DNA from: Chloroflexota bacterium
Lineage (GTDB): Bacteria; Chloroflexota; Chloroflexia; QHBQ01
Assembly: GCA_043754535.1 (NCBI GenBank)
Contig: JAYUUN010000090.1
Location: forward strand, 1-64,000
Direction: 5' to 3'
DNA: 64,000 bases
The notes under the pieces are model-generated. The model was not told where the DNA came from. It saw only the letters and a program-made list of their open reading frames with translations, and did not search any database. The position numbers were made by a program, and so were the translations under genes. Shown piece by piece: positions 20,611-29,818 of this stretch (the stretch's first letter is position 1; every line of letters starts with the position of its first letter).

Positions 20611-21590
20611 ATGCGCCCTCACCATCTTAGCTCGCGCCTGAGCAACCCCGACTTAGCTCGCGCCTGAGCAGCCCCGACCTCGTCCTCACCTTGCTGTTCA
20701 GCTTTGCGCTGGCTGCTACCGGGTTGCTGGGCTGACGATTGCTGCTTGGTGCGTTAGGCTTGCTGGGTACGCAGCACGGCCTGCACCTGATGGCCGAGAG
20801 CTGTCTGCTGATGCTCAACTCGCCTAACTTACCGGATCGCCTGCTGGCTTACAGCCTGGTTGTCAGCTTGCTGGTGCTGCTGGGGCGGGGAGTCTGGGCG
20901 TTGGCAAGCATAATATGGCGTACCACCACAACCGCAGGTAAGCTCCAGCGTGTAGATCAGCCGCTCCCGGTTGAAGTGGTTGAGGTTGCTGAACGAGTCG
21001 GTCTTACAGGGCGGGTATTGCTGGTACCTGGGGAGCAGCCGTTCGCCTTCTGCTATGGACTTGTGCGCCGTCGGGTCTGCATCAGCCAGGGTTTGCTGAC
21101 TGCGCTGGGTACTGGCCGCGAGTTGGAGGCGGTGCTGTGGCACGAGGGTTACCATCTGCATAGCCGCGACCCACTCAAGATGGTGTTCGCCAGCACCTGC
21201 GTCCGTGCCTTCTTCTTCTCGCCAGTAGTGGATGACCTCTAGCAGCATTACCTGACCTTGCGCGAACTGGCGGCTGACCATCATGCGCTCCGTAAGCAAG
21301 GCACAACTACGCCGCTGGCAACTGCCCTCTATCGCCTGGCAACCTTGCCGACCAGCCAGGTAACCAGCGTAGCAGCGGCCAGTATCCTTGAGCCTGGTGC
21401 AGGTTTGAACGTCCGCCTCGATGCGTTGCTGGGCGACCCCAACCCCTACCCCCTGCGGCTGCCACGTCCGCACCTCGTTCACAGCCTGATGACCTTTGGC
21501 ATAGTCAGTTTGTTGCTTATTCTCAGCTATGTGGCGCACGAAGGCAAGATGCTGATCACTCTCGCCCATTGGCTGCAAGGCTACTGCTAA
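20611..21590 (+). pseudogene. M56/BlaR1-like membrane zinc peptidase, inactivated
   Basis: PFAFCYG, ELEAVLWHEGYH (HExxH), RDPL, ELAAD; 26-bp tandem duplication 20626-20677, TGA 20733, TAG 21240. Confidence 0.9.
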
Positions 21591-21789
21591 CCCACTGCGT
21601 TCATTACCCGCTGCCACCAGAGATTAAAGACGAGTCACCGCTTCAGCAGTAGCTCATTTCTATTTTCCTCTAGCTTAGGCAGTACCTTTTTCCTATGGTG
21701 GGTCGAGAGCCGCTACCATGCCACCCCAGGTACCAGCCCAATCCAGCAGCTTGAGGTTAGCGATGGCAGCCCCACAGCAGCATCCGCGA

Positions 21790-22000
21790 GGAAGTAGTAT
21801 GGGTTGATCAGGAGACTTACTTCCTGCTCAAGGACGTGAGTTACGACGTGGACAACTAGCCAGTGACTACTACGGAGACAATCGCGGCCCAGTTCAACCA
21901 GCCCCTCGACCCCAGCCTGTTTACCGTCACCACCCCAGCCCAGGCGACGGTAACGGACAACCGCACCCCGCCAGACCCACAGATTACGCCCACCAGATAA
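21790..22000 (+). pseudogene. LolA/RseB-like fold, C-terminal fragment
   Basis: VWVDQETYFLLK..FNQPLDPSLFTVTTP; in-frame TAG at 21857. Confidence 0.55.
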
Positions 22001-22313
22001 AGGGAAGTACGATGCTTGGGCTGAAGCTGACCGTGATCCTGGTTCTGATCTTGGCAGTGGTGCTGGGTGCAGGCAGCTAGCGTGCTACTACAAAAGGATG
22101 CTGATCTGTGTACTCAGGTAAGCTGCTGCAACCTGATTGGCCTGGTACGTTGTACTGCCTGATCGTAAGCGGGGGTTTTCGTTTACCATAGCTGAAGCAG
22201 GCTGCGGGTGAAAGTACGAGCTTGCCGCAGCCCAGTTAGTAGGCTAAAACCACCACAACCTGTTGCAAAGCCAGCAGATTCTCCATATGTTACATTACGC
22301 ACACTTCGTACTA

Positions 22314-22342
22314 TTGACTCATCAGCGATCATATGCTACGAT
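22314..22342 (+). promoter_or_regulatory. Putative sigma70 promoter upstream of the metzincin operon
   Basis: TTGACT, 17 bp, TACGAT with TG extension. Confidence 0.5.
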
Positions 22343-22713
22343 AGGAACACAGATGGACGCAGCACCGTCACATACAGGGCCATACCAGGCTACTACAATG
22401 TGACAGTGCTAGTGTGCCAATCTGTATGCAAATGCGCTCCGTCTGCTTTTCGGCAGCCTGAGCAGCGTAGTGTGGGTGCTATGCAGGCCCCACTGCTTAC
22501 CTCCGAAACTGGAAGAAAGGAGGACAGGAGATGCACACAACCAGCCAGGTGAGCCTAGCGCACAACCGCGACCGCTACCCGCCCCTAGCTAGCAGCAATC
22601 ATACGCTGCTCAAGCCTTGCCTGAGCGCAAGGTGTTAGCAGGGCGCAATGTCTGCTCCTGCTCCTATCGATTATTGTTCACCAGACACGTGTGTACACAC
22701 AGGAGGTTAACCG

Positions 22714-23247
22714 ATGTCTCGGAAACTCAAGCTGATTGCACCCCCTCTGATCGTCTTCGCCCTCCTCGCCCTCAACGTTGGTGTCTTCACCGCCTCGGCG
22801 CATAACTGGGGCAACTGGCACTGGGACAAGAGCGGCACCAACATCACGATCCAGCAATGGACGTATGGCACCAACACTGCTGAGGCTGAGAATGCCCGCC
22901 AGGATGCCTGGAATCGCATTAGCAACCTCTACAACTACAACTCCAGGTCTCATACCGACATCTCGGTGTTCGGCGACAACGCTGGCAACACTGGCTGGGC
23001 GGGCCTCGCTAGCCTGGAGAACGTCAGTGGCGACCACATCATCCACGCCCATGCGCGCTACAACAACTACTACGGCTACGCATCCAACGACATCCAGGGC
23101 GTGTACTGCCAAGAGGTTGAACACACCTACGGCTTCGACCACAACAATACTGGCGGCTGCATGGGCGCAGGCTACTTTAGTGGTAGCGGCAACACCCTCA
23201 GCCAACACGACGTGGACGACTTCTACAACCTCTATCGCTATCATTAA
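22714..23247 (+). CDS. Secreted metzincin (matrixin/M10-like) protein
   Basis: RBS aggagg, signal peptide, CQEVEHTYGFDH followed by Met-turn GCM and HDVD..NLY. Confidence 0.75.
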   Translation: MSRKLKLIAPPLIVFALLALNVGVFTASAHNWGNWHWDKSGTNITIQQWTYGTNTAEAENARQDAWNRISNLYNYNSRSHTDISVFGDNAGNTGWAGLASLENVSGDHIIHAHARYNNYYGYASNDIQGVYCQEVEHTYGFDHNNTGGCMGAGYFSGSGNTLSQHDVDDFYNLYRYH

Positions 23248-23301
23248 GCCGGAGGCGAACCGAACATGAATAGCCAACACTCGACAAGAGGAGACAGCAA
23301 G

Positions 23302-23928
23302 ATGAAGAGCAAGTTCTGGTGGGTAGCCGCTGGTGCGCTCACCCTCGCCCTGGTCGGTCAGTTCGCTTACTTCAACCTGAGCCAGGCCACTCCAAGTTCG
23401 CACGCAGTCTGGGCCTTCCAGCCCAAGAGCTTCAGCGATGTAGCAAACAAGGCTTCGACCGTCGTTGAGGCCCAGGTTGTGGCGGTCAGCAATGGCAAGG
23501 CAATCATCACCGAGGCCAAAGGCGAGCCAGATGGAGTCAACGTCGTGCCGACCCAGTACATCACCTTCAAGGTGCTTAAGGCCACGAAGGGGGCAAATGA
23601 AGGCCAGACCCTCACTGTCTTCCGCACTGGCGGCGAAACTACCTACACCCCTAAGCCAGCCGCTGGCAAAGGCAACTCCACCAACCCGGCTGGTGAGAAG
23701 GTGCAAGTCCTGCTGCTGAACGACGACCCGGCCTACAACGTGGGAGAGAAGCACTTCCTGCTGCTAGAGGCTGGCCCCGACAACACCTTGCGCCCCGTCT
23801 CGCCCGAAGGTCGTTACCTGATTGCGGCTGACGGCAAGCTGCAAGCAGTTACGCACAGCGATGTTGCTAGCCAGGTTAACGGCAAGTCTGCCACCGAGAT
23901 GGAGCAGGCCGCCGGGCAGAGCAAGTAA
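23302..23928 (+). CDS. Exported protein with NTR/TIMP-like OB-fold pattern
   Basis: N-terminal TM; ASTVVEAQV..FKVLKATKG..VFRTGG..GEKHFLLL; alternative start 23266. Confidence 0.6.
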   Translation: MKSKFWWVAAGALTLALVGQFAYFNLSQATPSSHAVWAFQPKSFSDVANKASTVVEAQVVAVSNGKAIITEAKGEPDGVNVVPTQYITFKVLKATKGANEGQTLTVFRTGGETTYTPKPAAGKGNSTNPAGEKVQVLLLNDDPAYNVGEKHFLLLEAGPDNTLRPVSPEGRYLIAADGKLQAVTHSDVASQVNGKSATEMEQAAGQSK

Positions 23929-24156
23929 AGGTAGGAGCCTGGGTCAGTGGGGTGCGGCTCTGGCCGTTCACCCAACAGGCACAGGTGTGGAGCTAACTGT
24001 AGGCTGCACTGATCAATTGCTCGGTGCAGCCTACCCTTTGCCAGCAACAAGGTTTGCAACTTGCTAATACCCACTGCTGCGCTCAGCACAAGAACAAGTA
24101 ACGTTCCCGCCAGCCTCATCTTCTGGCTAGTTATCCCCAAATAGAAGGAAGTAGTT

Positions 24157-24669
24157 ATGGTAAACCGAAAGTTGTACCTGGCGGTGGTTGGGTTGCTGTT
24201 GCTCGATCTCACGCTCGCTGCCTGCGATAGTGGTAGCACACCAGCGGCAGATAGTGGCGGCAAGAGCAGCCCTGGGGCCAGCACGGCGCAGGTTGCTGCT
24301 AGCGTGCAAGATAGAGCGAGCTTGCTAGCCGCATTGCAGCAGCTAGGCGTAACGGTGAGCAGTGCGGGCAAGATTGAGCAGCCCTTCCTCAGCGTTCCTG
24401 GTGAGCAGCTCAAAGTGAACGGGCTGGCAGTACAAACCTTCGAGTATGCTGACCAGGGCGCACTAGAAGCCGACGCGAAGCAGATTGCGCCGAACGGCAG
24501 CATTAGCCGTGTGATGGTCACGTGGCTAGCTCAACCCCACTTCTACAAGGCAGGCAGGCTGCTGGTGATTTACACAGGTGAGCATGCGCTAACGCTTGCT
24601 CTGCTAGAAGGCAGTCTCGGCAAGCCATTTGCTGTGGGCGAGAGGCAGCCACCGACGCAGCAACCCTAA
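24157..24669 (+). CDS. Hypothetical lipoprotein
   Basis: Lipobox LAAC; QPFLSV..VQTFEY..W..PHFYKAG. Confidence 0.75.
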   Translation: MVNRKLYLAVVGLLLLDLTLAACDSGSTPAADSGGKSSPGASTAQVAASVQDRASLLAALQQLGVTVSSAGKIEQPFLSVPGEQLKVNGLAVQTFEYADQGALEADAKQIAPNGSISRVMVTWLAQPHFYKAGRLLVIYTGEHALTLALLEGSLGKPFAVGERQPPTQQP

Positions 24670-24685
24670 GCGGGCAGGAGGAGTC

Positions 24686-26413
24686 ATGCGAGTAGTGGTA
24701 CAGGCGGATGAGGGAGCAACTGTAGGGCCACAAGGCGGCGACCACCTGGCGGCCCTACGGTGGGGGCTGGTGGTGGTGAGTTGTTGCCTGCTTACTGCAT
24801 TGGTCGCTACCTGGCCGCTGGCCGCTAACCTAATGCGGGCAATACCGCTAGGCAACGAGCAGGGAGCGATGGTAGGCCTGTTCAGTATTTGGACGCTTTG
24901 GTGGAATGCTGACCGCCTGGCACATGGCTTTGCTGGCTACTGGGATGCACCGGTCTTCTTCCCCAACAAAGGGGTATTCACCTACTCTGAGCCAGAGCCA
25001 CTGACCAGCCTGGTGGTCGCGCCGCTGTGGGGGCTGAATGCGCCGCCTGCGCTAATCCTCAACCTGGCCTTCCTCCTAATCCTAACCCTCAATGGCGTGT
25101 TTGCCTACCGCCTCAGTCGCGCCCTGGCTGCCACCCGGCTAGGGTCTCTCCTGGCAGGAGTACTGATGGTCGCGCTGCCGTTTGTGGCTAAAGTGTATGG
25201 TGTCCTTAACCTCACACCGCTGTTCGGGCTGCTCTGGACGCTAGATGGCTTGGTGCGCTTTGGCAAGTCGGGCAGTTTGCGCCACGCGGCCTGGGCTGGC
25301 TTGGGCTTCGTGGTGGCTTATCTTACCTGCCAGCAATATGCGCTTATCTTCGCCCCCTTCGCCTTGCTAGCTGGGCTGGTGGCCCTCAGCGAACAACGCT
25401 TCGGCTGGCGGCCTTTGCTGCGGTTGACTGGCAGTGGTCTGGTCGCAGGGCTGCTACTGCTACCGCTAATCCTGCCTGTATATAGCCTGCACCAGCGGCT
25501 CGGCCTGGCTCGTCAGGACTTCGTGGTAGAACGCCTCTCAGCCAGTCTAGGGGACTTCTTCACTCGACCGAACACAGCCAGCCTGCCGCTACCGACCGCC
25601 ACTTTGGAGGATACGGGCGGCCTGTTCCCTGGGCTGATTGTATTGGCTCTAGCCGTCACCGGTGGGGTACTAGGCTGGCAGGGGCGCGAGCAGCGACGAT
25701 GGATTGGCTACCTGGTGGGTAGTGTGCTACTAGCGGCGGTGTTGGCGATGGGCTTGAAGCTGGGTGGTGGCTACAGCCCGCTCGGTGTGCTAAGGGCGGT
25801 GGTGCCTGGTTTCGGCGAGCTACGCAGCCCCTTTCGCTTTGCGGTCATCATGCAGGTGATGATGGTGGTGCTGGCGGCCCTTGCCTTGACCCACCTGGCT
25901 AGCCGTCTGGGCCGTAGGGGGCCAGGGCTAATTCTGCTGCTGACTCTGCTGGGGGCGGCTGAGAATCTGAACGTGCCAGTGCCGCTGCTGGGCGTGCCGC
26001 TTACGCCCGCCACTGGCTGGTCAAGCTGGATACTCAGCCAGCCAGCCAGCATGGTAGTGGCCCATGTGCCGTTCCCCAACGGCCTAGGCATCCGCGACTA
26101 CGAGGGGGAGGGCTGGCGGATGCTTGCTCAGATTGACCACCACCAGCCCATTGTCAACGGTTACTCTGGCTACTTCCCACCCAGCTATACCAGGTTCCAG
26201 CTACAGATGGCAAGGCTGTTTCCTCAGCGTGACCTGCTGTGCGTGCTGGGCAAGGATTTGCGAGTCAACACCCTGGTACTGGATCAAGCGTGGCTGCGCG
26301 AACATCAGGCTGCGATGGCTACCTTCGCCAGCTTTCTGCAGCCTGCTTACGCTGACCAAGATGTGCAAGTCGTTCGGCTACAAATCCCTATGGGCGAGTG
26401 CCAATTAGTTTGA
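24686..26413 (+). CDS. Polytopic membrane glycosyltransferase-like protein (GT-C/YfhO-like)
   Basis: RBS ggagg; many TMs; WDAPVFFP..YSE, LRSPFRF, IVNGYSGYFP. Confidence 0.7.
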   Translation: MRVVVQADEGATVGPQGGDHLAALRWGLVVVSCCLLTALVATWPLAANLMRAIPLGNEQGAMVGLFSIWTLWWNADRLAHGFAGYWDAPVFFPNKGVFTYSEPEPLTSLVVAPLWGLNAPPALILNLAFLLILTLNGVFAYRLSRALAATRLGSLLAGVLMVALPFVAKVYGVLNLTPLFGLLWTLDGLVRFGKSGSLRHAAWAGLGFVVAYLTCQQYALIFAPFALLAGLVALSEQRFGWRPLLRLTGSGLVAGLLLLPLILPVYSLHQRLGLARQDFVVERLSASLGDFFTRPNTASLPLPTATLEDTGGLFPGLIVLALAVTGGVLGWQGREQRRWIGYLVGSVLLAAVLAMGLKLGGGYSPLGVLRAVVPGFGELRSPFRFAVIMQVMMVVLAALALTHLASRLGRRGPGLILLLTLLGAAENLNVPVPLLGVPLTPATGWSSWILSQPASMVVAHVPFPNGLGIRDYEGEGWRMLAQIDHHQPIVNGYSGYFPPSYTRFQLQMARLFPQRDLLCVLGKDLRVNTLVLDQAWLREHQAAMATFASFLQPAYADQDVQVVRLQIPMGECQLV

Positions 26414-26499
26414 TGTATTTAGTGGTGTGTATCCCATTCTCTTTACCAGCTACTAACCGTCTCGCTAGGTACTACCTCCTTCTACCGACTGGTTGTTGG

Positions 26500-27050
26500 T
26501 TTGACCTTCGTGTTACCCTCGCGTTGTGCCTGGAACGCCGCTCGATTGTGTTGCCGCAGCTACCCTTGTACCTCTTTACTCACGTGCCACGTCGCATTGT
26601 CCCATACTACCACCACCTGCCGTAGCAACTCACCGCCAATAGGCTGCTTCAGCCTGCTCCACCACACCTCGTCCTGGTCGACTACTGCGCTCTGCACCTC
26701 GGCACCCACCCGTGCTACCAACCGGTCGCGTCGTTTTTAGCGGCACCGGTCGGGTGATGTGTGGCCGGGCCTTGCGCTACTGCAAGCCCAGCCGTCTCGA
26801 TGCCGACTACTTTCGCGGTCAGCCCTTGTTGCTGCCAGACGACGGCTAGCCGCTCAAGACTCCACAGGCTGGGCTTGCAGCCCGAACGCACGCGGGCTTT
26901 GATGCAGGATGGCCTGCATCTGCGTGGCTTGAGTGCTATCGAGCAGCGGCTGGGCCGAGAGCGGACGATCAGAGCCACGTTGCAAGCAGGCCAAGCCGGA
27001 CTGCTGCCAAGTGTGAGTGGCTTCGCGCATGGCTTGACTACGATGCCAGG
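26500..27050 (-). mobile_element. IS630-family transposase remnant (fragmented)
   Basis: LHQSPRAFG..SLWSLERLA..GLT, KRRDRL..DEVWWSRL, VVWDNATWHVSKEV in shifted frames. Confidence 0.8.
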
Positions 27051-27697
27051 CTGAGGTGCCGGTTGCAAGGCCGCTGCGAACACAGGCGACAAGGTTACTA
27101 ATTACTGCTTTCACTTGCTCATTGTTGCGCATGATTTACCGATCCTTTATCTACAAAGATGGTATCACTAAGCCTAATTAGTTTTACCTCCCTCGTAAAA
27201 CAAGGTGCGGTCTGTCACTCAGCCGCCACCCCGCCCTCTCCTTCATGCAACCACAGCCGCCTGCTCCTTGTTGTGACCCCCCTCTATTCTGCGAACGCAA
27301 AGCGGGCTGACCAGCATCGTGATCATCCCAGTACTAGCCTTGCTTGTAGTTACGCCTCAATCCGTAGTACATCACCAATGGCCCAACAACATTAGCTGCC
27401 TATGAGCCGCTAAGTAGTCACCTTTAGCCTTGTCACCTGATCCTTCATCCACGACTTGAGCGATGTGTGATAGTAAGCCACAAGGATGGCTTGTTACCAG
27501 TCACTCCCTTGAGTCACACATCAACCTGGACTCGGCTTCCCGTTGTAAGTTGTAAGTCATGTCACAGACTTTTCATCCGCTTTTACCGTACACGTTTCTG
27601 GACGAAAACAGTCCGGAAGTCTTTAGATGCCTAACCGACTTGGCAGCTACAAGGTAGTGATCGCCCCTGACAAGAACCGCACCGATCTACTATTTGC

Positions 27698-28366
27698 TCA
27701 CTTGCTAGGCGTGAACAGGCGGCTAAGGAAGCCCTGCTTCTCTGCACGCCAACTATCCGCAGCTGGCGGCTCGGCCAGCTTGCTCCCCGCCGCATAGTAG
27801 ACGTAGATCGGCACGCTGCCGAGGTCGTACTGCTCCCTGCGTTGCTCCGCCTGCTGACCAGCCAGGCCGCCGCTGAACTGGTAGAAGCGTTCGGTGAGCA
27901 GGATATATTCCTTACTCGGCACGCTGTTCTTAAGCAGGCGGTGGATCAGGATTACTTCCTCGCCTGCCAGTTCCTCAAACTGGTGTATCTTCTTGAAGAC
28001 GACTTCGCCAAAGTGCAGGAACGACTTGAGGCGCAGCGCGGCAATATGGACATGAGCATCGCAGGGGCATTCGCTGGCGGCAATTAGTTCGCGCTGTTTG
28101 CTGGCAAAAGCAGTAGTGAAGGCGACTACCTGGCTCAACACATCTTTGGCGACCGCTGGCTGATCATCGCCGAAGGCATAGAGGAAGACTGCATCGCCCT
28201 CAAACTTGCTGATTGTCAGTGGGTACTCGGCGGAGGCGACTACCGCCTCCAGCAGGTCGGTGATAATCTGCTCGGCGTGCAGCAGGCTCATAGCGCGCAT
28301 GGTAATGAAACGAGTGTATCCACTAATGTCGGTCAGCACGAGGGCCGCCTGCTTGAGTTCTGCCAT
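27698..28366 (-). CDS. DUF2652 (class III nucleotide cyclase-like) protein
   Basis: DISGYTRF, KFEGDA, CPCDA, LKSFLHFGE, VILIHRLLKN. Confidence 0.85.
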   Translation of the reverse strand: MAELKQAALVLTDISGYTRFITMRAMSLLHAEQIITDLLEAVVASAEYPLTISKFEGDAVFLYAFGDDQPAVAKDVLSQVVAFTTAFASKQRELIAASECPCDAHVHIAALRLKSFLHFGEVVFKKIHQFEELAGEEVILIHRLLKNSVPSKEYILLTERFYQFSGGLAGQQAEQRREQYDLGSVPIYVYYAAGSKLAEPPAADSWRAEKQGFLSRLFTPSK

Positions 28367-28526
28367 CTGAGTTTCTGCTCCCCTGCCACCCCCTGCTAGC
28401 TTGTTTGCAGCGGCGGTCGCTAGCATTATACAGCATCGGCCCAAATCGGTGCTGCCCTCCATGCCGCTGCCCTACCCTGCCCCGCTCGTACTTGCCCCTG
28501 ACCGACGGCTGGTGTACAATACGCCC

Positions 28527-29810
28527 ATGAAAATCTGTATGGTAACATCCTCTTACCCCAAATACCCTGGCGACGTTACCGCGCCGTTCATCGAAGGAAT
28601 CGCCAGCAGCGTGGCGGCCCTGGGCAAGGGGAACGAGGTTCATGTGTTGGCTCCTTACCACCCTAAAGTGCGGCGCAAACGCTTCGAGAACGGAGTACAT
28701 CTCCACTTCTTCAGGTATATGCCAATCCGCAGTCTCAACATTTGGGGCTACGCCGAGTCTATGGAGGCGGATGTGCGGGTCAAGCGGGCAATTTATCCGC
28801 TTACGCCTTTCGTCTTCGCCAGCAGCTTTGCCGCCCTTCTGCGCCTGACCGCCCGCCACCAGTTCGACATTCTGCACGCACACTGGGTAATACCGAACGG
28901 GCCGGTCGGCACTCTGGTCGCCAACATCCGCAAGCTGCCTTTGGTAATCAGCCTGCATGGGTCGGACGTGTTCGTGGCCGAGCATAACCCCATCCTCAAG
29001 CCGGTCGCCCGCCGCTGCTTTGCCCGTGCCGATGCCGTCTCCGCTTCGAGCGACGACCTGGTGCAGCGCGCAATCCGCATCGGCGCGCCCCGCAAGCGCA
29101 GTGAGGTAATCCCCTACGGTGTTGACCCCGACCGCTTCACCCCCGCCACTGCCACAGACCCTGGGGCGGCCTTGCGCCAACAGTTGGGGCTGGCCGCCGA
29201 CGAGCAAATCATCCTGGCAGTTGGTCGCCTGGTCTACAAGAAGGGGTTCGAATACCTAATCCGTGCCATGCCCGCTGTGCTGGCCGAACATCCCCGCGCT
29301 CGCCTGTTGATTGTCGGCGGGGGCGACCTGCGCGAGAAGCTGGGCGCACTGATTGCCCAGCTTGGCGTCAGCCAGAGCGTGCAGCTAAGTGGGGCGGTCG
29401 AGCGCGACCAGCTACCACTCTACTTCAGCGGCTGCGACCTGTTTGTGCTACCGAGTGTGCGCGACCAGGCGGGCAACATTGACGGCCTGCCGAATGTGCT
29501 GCTAGAGGCGATGGCGAGCGGCAAACCAGCCGTCGCCAGCAACGTGGCGGGCGTGCCACTAGCAGTGCACGATGGCGAGAACGGCGCACTGGTGCCAGAG
29601 AAAGACCCGTCAGCCCTGGCAGCGGCAATCAGCCACCTGCTGGCCGACCCTGGGCTAATGCGCGAGATGGGCCAGGCTAGCCGCCGTCGGGTCGAAGCTG
29701 ACCTCAACTGGCGTAGCGTTGCCGCCCGCTTCATGGCCCTCTACGCCGACGCGTTGACGAACTACAATCTGCGCCACTTACTCTCGCAGCTTGTAGACCG
29801 TAGATTGTAG
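28527..29810 (+). CDS. GT4 glycosyltransferase, probably leaderless
   Basis: HAHW, SLHGSD, VGRLVYKKG, DGLPNVLLEAMASG; TACAAT 6 nt before the ATG. Confidence 0.9.
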   Translation: MKICMVTSSYPKYPGDVTAPFIEGIASSVAALGKGNEVHVLAPYHPKVRRKRFENGVHLHFFRYMPIRSLNIWGYAESMEADVRVKRAIYPLTPFVFASSFAALLRLTARHQFDILHAHWVIPNGPVGTLVANIRKLPLVISLHGSDVFVAEHNPILKPVARRCFARADAVSASSDDLVQRAIRIGAPRKRSEVIPYGVDPDRFTPATATDPGAALRQQLGLAADEQIILAVGRLVYKKGFEYLIRAMPAVLAEHPRARLLIVGGGDLREKLGALIAQLGVSQSVQLSGAVERDQLPLYFSGCDLFVLPSVRDQAGNIDGLPNVLLEAMASGKPAVASNVAGVPLAVHDGENGALVPEKDPSALAAAISHLLADPGLMREMGQASRRRVEADLNWRSVAARFMALYADALTNYNLRHLLSQLVDRRL

Positions 29811-29818
29811 ATTGCAGA

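Noticed and set aside
20626..20677. 26-bp tandem repeat as a phase-variation switch for the M56 gene
   Set aside because: Two further nonsense codons remain, so removing the repeat would not restore the gene.
2264..21859. Stop-codon reassignment or Pyl/Sec readthrough to explain the many in-frame TAG/TGA codons
   Set aside because: Intact genes end at TAG (thrC, blaI-like, htrA) and TGA (thrB); internal stops are confined to the accessory region and co-occur with frameshifts and truncations.
22291..22310. TACGCACACTTCGTA as another copy of the 18-bp operator
   Set aside because: It shares the ACTTCGTA half-site but not the spacing; too weak to include.
22678..23754. 358-aa minus-strand ORF and other long antisense ORFs (e.g. 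4962..5705, 28323..29207, 40772..41731)
   Set aside because: Shadow ORFs opposite well-supported genes in GC-rich DNA, with no motifs.
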